NCBI RefSeq assembly: GCF_001194135.2
Contig: NC_068992.1
Coordinates: 3,692,769-3,725,103, forward strand
DNA: 32,335 nucleotides
Direction: 5' to 3'
Origin: Octopus bimaculoides
Taxonomy: Eukaryota
The translations under genes were made by a program, and so were the position numbers. Shown here piece by piece: positions 22,726-32,335 of this stretch. How positions within the stretch are numbered: the first letter of the stretch is position 1; each line of letters opens with the position of its first letter. The notes under the pieces were generated by a model, which worked only from the letters and a program-made list of their open reading frames with translations, was not told the origin of the DNA and searched no databases.

Positions 22726-23528
22726 TATACAGGAGTCAAAGTGTAGGGTGTATCTGATCATAGTGTCTGTGATATCTGATATTGGACGTATTTAACGAGC
22801 AGAAGAAATAAATAGGTGTCTAGATGGCACCGGTTTTAGCAAGAGATAATTATTCTCTTATTAGAATGTGGTACAGCGTCACGCAATTAGCCTTGACAGC
22901 TAGAAGAAAAGAAACAGACAAAATATGTTATCAGGAATTTCATTACGACACGAAAACACTTCATTTCGAAATTTTGAACGATAAGCTTGGATTATCAGGA
23001 ATCGTTTAAGAGAAATTTCAAGAAGGCCTTTGGCGGAGATTGTGATTCGATTCAACAAAATTTACCAGGAAACATTGTGTTGAAATATAGAAAGAATATT
23101 GATAAAATCTCAACAATGCGACAAGATTACTTTCGCGTGAGAAGATGACGATAAGGGATTGTACAGAAGAAAGCAAACGAGAAAAGGACGTGTTATTCGA
23201 TATTGCAAATGTAGGAGAGAAGCAGAACTGCATGAAAAACAGGGGAAAGAATTGTGTCCTTTCTGTGAAAGTACAGCAACAAATGTCACACTTGGAATTG
23301 GAGAAAATGTAGTTGTATAATAGAGAAAATAGAATCCTTAGAAAGCTTATTGAAGGGAATACAGAGGTAATATGAGTCTCATGGGATTAAATAAAGAGGT
23401 AATATGTGACTTATTGTAGCTAATACAGAGGTAATAAATGTCGAATATAATCCAGTAGTTATATTTCACGATATACGTTTACAAGTAAAAATAAAATATT
23501 AGAATAATAGATAACAAAAGAAACAAAT

Positions 23529-23576
<48 letters not shown>

Positions 23577-23695
23577 CAACGGGCTTCTTTCAGTTTCCTT
23601 CTACCAAATCCACTCACAAGGCATTGATTGGCCCGAGGCTATAGTAGGAGACACTTGCCCAAGGTGCCACGCAGTGGGATTGAACCCGGAACCAA
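23577..23695 (-). mobile_element. SINE family B 5' half (A-box region missing)
   Basis: cgggcttctttcagtttcc...gacacttgcccaaggtgccacgcagtgggattgaacccgg; abuts (TA)n at 23532-23572. Confidence 0.85.
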
Positions 23696-24549
23696 GCGCG
23701 TGTAATCGTGTACAGCTTTATACATCTGAGTGGTTTTGTGTGCAGTTTCGAATGTGTTTAATATGCAAATGGTTGTCGTTGTGTGCAAGTGTATATACGT
23801 TCGCAATTGTGCATATTTTCATGCAATTCTGTGCAGTTGCTTACACTTTTGATAAATATGTGCATGTGTTATATGTAGGTGTGCACATATGCATATAATT
23901 GTGTGCAGTTGCAAGATTTTTAAAACCGTGCATGTGTTCGTGCGCAATTGTTTGCAAGTATATGCACAGCTATGTGCTATAATCAAAAAGATATATGCAG
24001 GCATGTGCAGCTGTGTGTAGGCGTGTGCAATGGCATGCAGAGTTTGAGTGGATGTGTGAAGGAGGTAGAAGCATAAAAGGTCGGAATAATAGAATAATTT
24101 CCTTATGGGTGGTCACGGTATAGAATATTCATAGAGAGAGAGATGATGTCTTACAAAACGCGATAATATTCCTAGCTGTACATCTAGTGAAGCAGTAGAC
24201 GTACGTTTAGGATTCTCTCTCGTCAATAGCAAATGGAATGCAAAGATGTAAGCAATGAATAAAAGCTACTGTATCTATGAACAAAGAATGCAAACTAATT
24301 CTAAGATTTCGAACACTGCTTCAGGTCTGATTTAATTTTAGACAAGAATTCTATGAAGAATAAAATGCAGATGGCAATGGCGTGTTCATGTATTCATGAA
24401 AAGCAAAGCAAAGAGATTGAGAAAACCCGAGCAAAGAATCATGCGCAGCAAAGGTTATTTTAAAAATAACATTGGTGGAATTGTTGTTGTTGGAATATGT
24501 CAGAGAATTAAGAGGTGAGTGTTAAAGCAATCTCATAATTGTAAAAGGT

Positions 24550-24897
24550 TTGTCCACCTCATCATTTATCCTTTTAAGGAGTACCCGGTTTGACCCCTTT
24601 CGGGGGATGGAGTATGATGTCTCTCCAGCAATCCAGATAAGGAGAAGGAAATTATGTTCGTTGAAAGAAACCCTTCAAAAATCTGTCTCCAACGTTACAA
24701 TGCAGAACCTCCGATGGACACCCCAGGGGAGGTGCAGGCATGGCAGATTAAAAACAACAGAGGGGAGGTTACATTGGGCCCTGTACTTAACTGGTACTCA
24801 TGTTATTGATCCCGAAAGGGTAAAAAGCAAAGTCGATCTCGGCAGCATTTGAACTCAGAACATAAAGGTGGACGAAACGTTTCTACCAGCTGACTGC
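24550..24897 (-). mobile_element. Chimeric SINE: family A head/core (24782-24897) followed by an unrelated ~230-bp segment
   Basis: ctggtactcatgttattgatcccgaaagggtaaaaagcaaagtcgatctcggcagcatttgaactcagaac matches the A core; the adjoining sequence differs from both other tails. Confidence 0.6.
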
Positions 24898-24969
<72 letters not shown>

Positions 24970-24970
24970 T
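24898..24970. repeat. (AAT)n microsatellite
   Basis: Direct. Confidence 0.95.
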
Positions 24971-25527
24971 ATAAGGTTATTTAAAAAATAATAGTTTTGA
25001 AATTGGAAATAAATTGCAACGTTGAAAAGTGAGGCACTTCCTGGGTGAAGGGCGTTTATGCGAAAGACTACTAATACCTAACAACCAATAAATACCACCA
25101 CTAAAACCACCACCACCACCACCAGGAATAACTCCTTCTCCCCCCCACCAATAATATCATTTGCAAAACTATAAACACCATTATTACCACCCACCACCGG
25201 AACTTTAAGGCCACTTTTTGTGGGTGTGAAATAATTTGAAGTTGACGGATAATTGTTAGGATTTGATTTCAAAATGGCGTAAATTTGGGTGTGCATGTTG
25301 ATGGTGGCGGTTAACATAGCAACATTATTAACTACAGCATTAAAAACAACCACCACGGCAACAACAACAATAACAAGAATGATACTGACAGCAACAACTT
25401 CAAGAACAACAACAACAGCAACAACTTCAAGAACAACAACAACAGCAACAGCAACAACATGAACAGCAAAAGTTATCAACACTGAAAACAGCAAAATTGA
25501 AGTAACATCACTTTCTACATGGCAGCT

Positions 25528-25600
25528 TAACCAGCTAGAAACAGCAATCAAATCTCCCTCACTTTATATCCGACCATCTTAAACAAAAGGACGAAGTGGC
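25528..25600 (+). mobile_element. Repeat family D fragment
   Basis: ccagctagaaacagcaatcaaatctccctc...ccatcttaaacaaaagg matches 1582-1650 and 6891-6948. Confidence 0.55.
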
Positions 25601-26017
25601 TAATGCATTAAAAGAGATCAAACAATATCCTATTTGATGACGTAGAAGGTGCAATTTTACATCTTTAATGCACAAAATACTTTTTCTGGATATGCGCTGC
25701 TGAACGTAGGCTGCATCTTTTATGCCATTGCCATCAAACACGATGTACAACAATGATATTCCCATTTAGCTGTCGCTGATCTATAGTTGCCACCACATTT
25801 ATGCTAGATGTAAGCCTATTTGTCCATATTGGCTAAATGTAGATTCAGCAGAATGCTCCTGCGTTTATATCATTAACTATGTTTCATTGGTACCTGAGCG
25901 GAAATTGAACTCAGAAAACACAGAGCCAGGACACCTTAACCCAACGCTCTAACAAATTCACCATTCCACAGTCATGAACTGGTGCATAATTCCTCCTCTC
26001 TGAACGGCAGAAAAGTA

Positions 26018-26213
26018 CGGTTGAACTTAGTGCGAATAGAAATCAGAGTTGGAGACCTGGTGTGCCTCCTTGGAACGGCCAAAATAATCTGGGAAGTATT
26101 AGATAATTGAAAAGAACAGAGAGTAAGGTACTGTAGACTGCAGGCAGCAAGCCAGCTATGCATGCAAAAATCCAGGAGTTCCAACAAAACCTGATATATG
26201 AAGAAATAATAAA
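26018..26213 (+). mobile_element. R4/Dong-like retrotransposon 3' fragment, third copy
   Basis: RLNLVRIEIRVGDLVCLLGTAKIIWEVLDN* (stop 26108-26110); 3' UTR ends in a short aataataa. Confidence 0.6.
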
Positions 26214-26225
26214 CAACAGTCATGT

Positions 26226-26442
26226 TCCTTTCTAATATAGGCACAAAGCCTGAAATTTGGGGAGAGGGCGCTCGTCGATTACATCGACCCCAGTGCTTCA
26301 CTGGTTCCTAATTTATCGACCCCAAAAGGATGAAAGACAAAGTTGACCTCGGCGGAATTTGAATTAAAGATTTAAAACACCAGCAGGAAAGCCGTTAAGG
26401 ATTTTTGTCGACGCGCTAACGATTGTGTCATCTCGTTGCCTT
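26226..26442 (-). mobile_element. SINE family A, copy 1 of a tandem trio
   Basis: gtcgattacatcgaccccagtg...atcgaccccaaaaggatgaaagacaaagttgacctcggcggaatttgaa. Confidence 0.85.
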
Positions 26443-26445
26443 TAT

Positions 26446-26665
26446 GATAATCCTTTTTATTATAGGCACAAGGCCTCAGATTTAGAGAGAGGGAGCTAGT
26501 CGATTACATCGACCCCAGTGTTTCACTGGTACTTGATTTACTGACCCCGAAAGGATGAAAGGCAAAGTCGACCTCGGCGAAATTTGAACTCAGAACATAA
26601 CGACGGGCGAAATACCGCTAAGCATTACGTCTAGCGTGCTAATGATTCTGCCAGGTCACCGCCTT
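26446..26665 (-). mobile_element. SINE family A, copy 2 (near full length)
   Basis: Minus strand: aaggcggtgacctggcagaatc... head, B-box-like GAGTTCAAATTTC, core, then a tail ending gccttgtgcctataataaaaaggattatc. Confidence 0.9.
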
Positions 26666-26677
26666 ATTGTGGCCTTT

Positions 26678-26836
26678 ATAATAATAATAATGGTTTCAAA
26701 TTTCGGCACAAGGCCAGCAATTTGAAACGAGGGGATAAATCGATTAAATCGACACCAGTATTCAACTGGTATTTATTTTATCGAGCCCGAAAGGATGAAA
26801 GGCAAAGTCGACTTCGGCGGAATTTGAACTCAGAAC
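26678..26836 (-). mobile_element. SINE family A, copy 3 (5'-truncated, (ATT)n tail)
   Basis: cccgaaaggatgaaaggcaaagtcgacttcggcggaatttgaactcagaac, with the tail ending in (ATT)4. Confidence 0.85.
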
Positions 26837-27141
26837 GAAAGGCGCTTTTATGAATGCCGTAATAACAGACATCGTATGATGATCGTCAGATGATGTTCGT
26901 CGGTTCTCAGATGGGCTGATAATTTTTGTTTTCTTTTTCCTTTTTTCTATGTCATGCTTCTCTTAGCGAATCAGGCGTGAGAATTGCTCGTGCAGCTTCT
27001 GTAGGAGTGACAGTTGTAAAAAACAAAACAAAATCAACACACCATCACCTCGCTTTCCACACACACATAAGAGCGTGCTGAGTACCACATAAGCTAACAT
27101 GCACATATTAATATATACAATGACATACATACATACACACA

Positions 27142-27173
<32 letters not shown>

Positions 27174-27660
27174 NNNNNNNNNNNNNNNNNNNNNNNNNNN
27201 NNNNNNNNNNNNNNNNNNNNNNNNNNNNNNNNNNNNNNNNNNNNNNNNNNNNNNNNNNNNNNNNNNNNNNNNNNNNNNNNNNNNNNNNNNNNNNNNNNNN
27301 NNNNNNNNNNNNNNNNNNNNNNNNNNNNNNNNNNNNNNNNNNNNNNNNNNNNNNNNNNNNNNNNNNNNNNNNNNNNNNNNNNNNNNNNNNNNNNNNNNNN
27401 NNNNNNNNNNNNNNNNNNNNNNNNNNNNNNNNNNNNNNNNNNNNNNNNACATTGCATGAGAGCAGGGAGCGTTTCGTCATTGGCAATGGGAAAAAAGTGT
27501 AAACAAACCAAGCACAGAAAATATGGGAAAATGAGAAGAAACCGTTTGAGTATAGATTGCATCACATAATTATATTAACGTTGGCAAAATTATGTGTGTT
27601 GGCATGTGGGTACACACGCACTCGCGCGCGGGCACGCACACACACACATACACACATATA

Positions 27661-27823
27661 GGTGCAGGCGTGTCTGTGTGGTAAGAAACTTGCTTCCCAA
27701 CCACATGGTTCCGGGTTCAGTCCCATTGCGTGGCGCCATGGGCAAGTATCTATTACTATAGCATTGGGCCGACCAAAGACTTGTGAGTGGATTTGGTACA
27801 CGGAAACTGAAGGAAGCCCGTCG
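27661..27823 (+). mobile_element. SINE family B 5' half (tRNA head + CORE-like)
   Basis: A-box-like tgtctgtgtgg, B-box-like gggttcagtccc, CORE-like ccatgggcaagtatct; followed directly by (AT)n(GT)n. Confidence 0.85.
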
Positions 27824-27859
<36 letters not shown>

Positions 27860-28745
27860 CGTGTGTGGAAGGGAAATTCAATCCAGCTTGAAAGCAAAAA
27901 TTATGAAAAGCAAACTTTTGGGCTTCTAGCAGAGAAGTGGGAAGAATAAAACCAAAATCTGTATCATAGTTGCGCATAGACTATTTCCTCTAGCGTCTCG
28001 TCTCTACCAAATCATTACTTTTGAAAGGAGATGAAAACAAAGCCAAACAAACAAAAAAAAAAAACATTTCAAAATAACAGCAATAGAACAATCTGTTGTA
28101 CATTACATACGGAAGTAAAAACATTTCTTCAGATCCATGAAGAACAGAAGAACTTTTTCATGTAATGTCTCCAAACTCTATTCAATGTAGGACACATTTT
28201 TACGAGGTAGAGCAATAATGACTTCCGGGGGTGTTTTATGAATAGACCCTTTATTGACCGATGCGTAGGAGTTATTTTCTTTAAGACATTCCAGAGTTGT
28301 TAAATGGCTGCTGACATCGCAGACGACCCGACAGGAAAAAACCTAAGTGCAAATTCCACTCAAAATTATCGTGACCTTTTAAGCAAACTGGATTCTTTTA
28401 TAGTTAAAATGTTTATTTAGATATTTATGTTTTTTTCCCCAGCATTTTTGATGTGTTATTTTTTTTATAATTGTGTGTGTGTGTACGTACGTGTGGTTGT
28501 GTTGTGGGTGTGTGTGTGTTTGTAAACTTGTGTGCTTGTGTGCGTTTGTGTATGTGCATGTCTGTGCGTGTGTATGTGTGTCTATGTATGTGTGTGTGTA
28601 TGGGTGCTACTTTTTGTCATTGTCGTTAATTATCTGACGTCTGCAAACACACGTATTTTTATACATTCATTCACATAGAACACAAGAATATTATACATAC
28701 ACAGATGCATACATACATACATACATACACACGCGCGCACACACA

Positions 28746-28791
<46 letters not shown>

Positions 28792-29210
28792 CGCTAAATA
28801 TAGATGCATATAGACATAAACATATACATACATGCGTGTGTTTGTAAATAACATCTTGACATATTTACAAATGCATGCATTTACACATACACAAAGAAGT
28901 ACATAACAAACGTACACACACAATACCAACACACACAGCCACACACACACACATAAACGAATATTTATATACACAACCTCATACGTGTAGATTTTTATAT
29001 GTAGAAACCTGACATACATACAAAGATATGTCTATGAAGTTATATTCTATTATAATCCAGTAAACATAATCACAAAAGCGCGCATACGCGCATAATCGTA
29101 AATATTCACAAACATATACACATATATGTATTTATGTTTATATCTCTATGTATACATACATACATACATACATACATACATACATACATACATGCATGCA
29201 TGCATATATA

Positions 29211-29545
29211 GCTTGGCTTGGCTTCATGCTCTTGATGGGACTGGAGTCATTCCAAGTGGCGCCAGGGGTGTTATCAAGCGTAGAGCCAACCAGGTCCACT
29301 AGTGTTCGCTATCGCCGGCGGTCCCGTGCCAGTCCTTCTGCAATCTCCAAGATGATGTCGAGCCTCTGGAGATCTTTGCCAATCACGTCCATTCATCTGG
29401 TGTGGAGCCTGCTATGAAGCCTCTTCCAGTTTGCAGATGCTGCGTCGAATGAGAGTAAAGCTCTGGTAGGATGATCAAGCAGGAAACAGAGGACATGCCC
29501 ATACCAGCGCATGTGACAAATAGCTATGAGGTGGGAGGCTGCAGG

Positions 29546-29548
<3 letters not shown>
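29211..29548 (-). mobile_element. RTE-type LINE 3' fragment (ORF2 C-terminus + (CAAGC)3 tail)
   Basis: MRWYGHVL...HPTR...WKRLHSRLHTR*MDVIGKDLQ...LARDRRR*RTLV fits the RWxGHVxR..KRPRGRP..W.D.I..DL..A.DR..WR signature; both stops sit at expected Trp positions. Confidence 0.8.
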
Positions 29549-29589
<41 letters not shown>

Positions 29590-29963
29590 TGTGTGTATAT
29601 ATTCGTATTCTAATCCCTTTCATATTATTAATCAATGCTGAGAAATTTGAAGAATTGTGCCAAGAATGATTATACAAAAATTAGCCGGAAAAATATCTCA
29701 TTCATGCTTGGCATAATGACCTACCAAATTGTTGTATAATTAAGAATTGCTCATTATAAAATTAGCAGATTTATAATGCAACCTTAATTATTTCTCTCAT
29801 ATTCAGTTTCGGTATTCATGATTCCATTCATGAAAAAATCCAAACATTTGAATGTTAGAAACAACGGGAGAGAATAATGAACAGACAGAATAAACTTAGG
29901 TATAGACAACTGAGGCAGTATTGAATTAAAGCAGCTATCTATGTATCATACTTAATTTATGTA

Positions 29964-30077
29964 CGAGGGGGTGCTGAAAAGTTTCTGGCTTGCGACATTT
30001 CTGCTGTGTATGGAGAGGGTGCCATACCTGAAAGAACCGCTCGTGATTGGTATGCCAAGTTCAAAAACGGAAATTTT
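29964..30077 (+). mobile_element. Mariner TIR fused to a transposase N-terminal HTH fragment
   Basis: TA|cgagggggtgctgaaaagtttctggctt, then 29994-30077 reads DISAVYGEGAIPERTARDWYAKFKNGNF (mariner HTH-like). Confidence 0.75.
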
Positions 30078-30099
30078 ATGTATACGTTTTACGTTTACG

Positions 30100-30185
30100 A
30101 AAATAGGAGAAAGCATCTTTTACGTTTCGAGCATACGCTCTTCTGCAGAATGAAAAGATGAGAATATACAAAAAATGGAGAAAGA
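30100..30185 (-). mobile_element. Dispersed repeat family E, second copy
   Basis: tcttttacgtttcgagcatacgctcttc matches the reverse complement of 14729-14756. Confidence 0.5.
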
Positions 30186-31004
30186 AAATAGCCAACGTGT
30201 CTCAGAGGGCCAATGAGTGATAATTAAAATAGTGAAGTGTCTACTTCAGCTGAAGACAGCTAAACATGTAGAAACTGTTGCAGATGTCCTTCGTGGCTGT
30301 TTGTATGGCAAAAAAAAAAAGACTTTAATTAACCTCTATTATTTTTCTTAATCACTCTACTATTTAAACTTACTGTATCTATTTATGATGTTGAATACAT
30401 TTGAAATAATCAAACCCACCTTTATACTTGGCAACGTATTTTAACTAAAAGCAAGTGTTTCAATTATTCATTTCTAGTCTGGTCTCATGACACAAAATTC
30501 AATAACAGCACGTTCCAGGTTGTTCTAGCACTGATACCCGTCATGATTGCGTATTAGTCTTTTAATCTCTTTTCTGGCCAACTTTATCTCTTTCAATATC
30601 TTCTATTCCAATACGTTCTCTTTTATTCTTTTCCTCCATCCAACTCGTCTGCTTCTTGGTATTCTCATCATTCCTCGAATTTATTTTATGGTCAGCGTTT
30701 ATTAGTGTTATAGAGCAAGATTTAAGCTCCCTGCATGGTAATTCGACAATTCCGTGTCTAGCACGATTTTCACTTACGATTCCTTACATGTGCTCCACAA
30801 AAACCATTCGCAAATGGACCTCACATAATCTCATTTGTTCTCCTCATTCAATTTCTGTCCTTCATTTTAAGTAATAAATCATTTTCACTCCTTTCTTCAT
30901 TTTATTCTACATGTTTTTTTCTTCCTAGATACCATTTTCTTATTAAGTTTATTCATGTTATTTTTTTCGCTTTTTCTTTCCTACTTTTGTCTCAAATATA
31001 CTCT

Positions 31005-31050
31005 GCACCAGCATGACCGCAGCCACTTGGCTGAAACACATAAATAAATA
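31005..31050 (+). mobile_element. SINE shared tail module, diverged
   Basis: gcaccagcatgaccgcagccacttggctgaaac; cf. 16771-16805. Confidence 0.5.
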
Positions 31051-31396
31051 AATACACACAAGCACGTGCGCACACACGCACATGCATACACATGCATGTG
31101 CACTCGCAGGCGCGCACACACATATACACACACAGACATATTCATGAGCAGTGCTTCCACTAGTACAATAGAAGGCGATCTGAACTGACCATGGTGTCTT
31201 TGCAACATTTTATTTCCAGCGAGAATACACCTCCATGACAAACTGCAATGAAAACTTTTCGATGTGTTCAAATTTATGTATGTATGTATGTATGTATGTA
31301 TGTATCTATCTATCTATCTATCTAAATTTTATCTTAGAATTTATGGGAGCAACTATCTTTGGAGACACACACACACACACACACACAAAGGAGGGT

Positions 31397-31542
31397 CTCC
31401 ATCTACTAAATCCACTCACAGGGCTTTAGTCGGTTGGAGGGTATAATAGAAGACAGTTGCCCAAGGTGGCTCGTAGTAGGGGTGAACACAGAACCTTGTG
31501 GTTGCGAAGCACGCTTCTTACCAGACAACCATGCCTGAGCCT
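31397..31542 (-). mobile_element. SINE family B 5' half, diverged
   Basis: ctactaaatccactcacagggc...agacagttgcccaaggtgg...cttaccagacaaccatgcct; abuts (CA)n. Confidence 0.7.
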
Positions 31543-31776
31543 ATATTGTCCATGTTAACCGGAGGACAAAATGACTCACAACAAACCTGTTCGCAGAATA
31601 TTTATCTTGTGATATAAGCTTCTCTATACCATTACACAACAATTAAAAATAGCTTTATTTCTGAAACATAATTTTTCTTTTTATAAAAATATTATTTCGT
31701 TCTGGAAAACCCAACAACTATTTGTATCATTGTTTTACCTGAATAGTTAAAAAAATTACTGATTATATTTACTTAC

Positions 31777-31839
31777 CTAGCTCCGGGTTGATGTATTGTT
31801 GTTGATCTGAATGCACCAATGATGTTTCCCATACTTGTC
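31777..31839 (-). CDS. Candidate 63-nt exon
   Basis: Acceptor ttttag| and strong donor TAG|gtaagt; two frames open (QVWETSLVHSDQQQYINPEL or TSMGNIIGAFRSTTIHQPGA). Confidence 0.2.
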   Translation of the reverse strand, partial: DKYGKHHWCIQINNNTSTRS

Positions 31840-32335
31840 CTAAAACTCTCACACAATGTCATTGGACCGCATAGCATACTTCTGTTGCTAGACAAAGTTT
31901 TATATTTATTTATTTGTTTTTAAAGTCTGCATTGTCACCTTGTATATCAGGTAATGTCATCAAGGTGTGTATGTAATTTCTTTCGCTGGTGTTTTCCACG
32001 ACGGGTAACAGGTTCTTTAGGCATAAACAAGAAAGGACAAAAAAATTGAAATAAATGCTGATTTCGTATTTGAAAAATCTAGAATTATTGTACTGTTATA
32101 GGTTATCAATCACTTTTTCCTCTGTTACTACACACACACGCAAGCAGCACACACACATATATATAATACAAACATACACACACTCATATATATATATATA
32201 TATATGTATGCATATATGTTTTTTCTTAAGTTAAACAAGGTAAGTAATACGAAAAAGGAAAAGTCAATGTTATGTACTTCTAACTTGTTTTTCAATATTT
32301 CACGGTTAGGACTTCTTTTTTTTCAGGAAATCTTC

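Noticed and set aside
23030-23350. Possible decayed LINE C-terminal Cys/His knuckle
   Set aside because: Multiple stops and no motif I can align confidently; needs tBLASTn.
25078-25551. 157-aa hydrophobic minus ORF
   Set aside because: Mostly (AAC)n/(CAC)n repeats read as poly-Val.
27661-27735. tRNA gene
   Set aside because: Has A/B-box-like motifs but no cloverleaf and continues into SINE body; the same applies to all SINE heads in the window.
30540-30850. Possible very old RTE-like 3' remnant on the minus strand
   Set aside because: Only faint resemblance to the GH..R / RPR..W motifs, with many stops; not supportable by eye.

Overview
AT-rich eukaryotic (animal) draft-assembly DNA with eight N-gaps, mostly intronic or intergenic. 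No protein-coding gene can be called with confidence; nearly all track ORFs are microsatellite or N-gap artefacts. The repeat content (tRNA-derived SINEs, two of them with a CORE-like motif, plus dense di/tri/tetranucleotide runs) looks like an octopus (coleoid cephalopod) genome. That assignment is inference from recalled repeat families, not a database result. Supported contents: three tRNA-headed SINE families (A, B, C) in many partial, tandem and chimeric copies; a fourth dispersed repeat (D); a decayed DD34D mariner transposase; a mariner-derived MITE and related TIR fragments; an RTE-type LINE 3' end; three divergent R4/Dong-like retrotransposon 3' ends, each followed by AAT (two long arrays, one short degenerate run); three foldback/inverted repeats; and a ~1 kb degenerate 33-bp minisatellite. 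The most interesting leads are the AAT/ATT-microsatellite insertion niche, the SINE that carries an internal microsatellite, the hairpins, the 33-bp repeat, and several low-confidence short exon candidates (signal-peptide-like, Cys-rich, and a 9-nt microexon).
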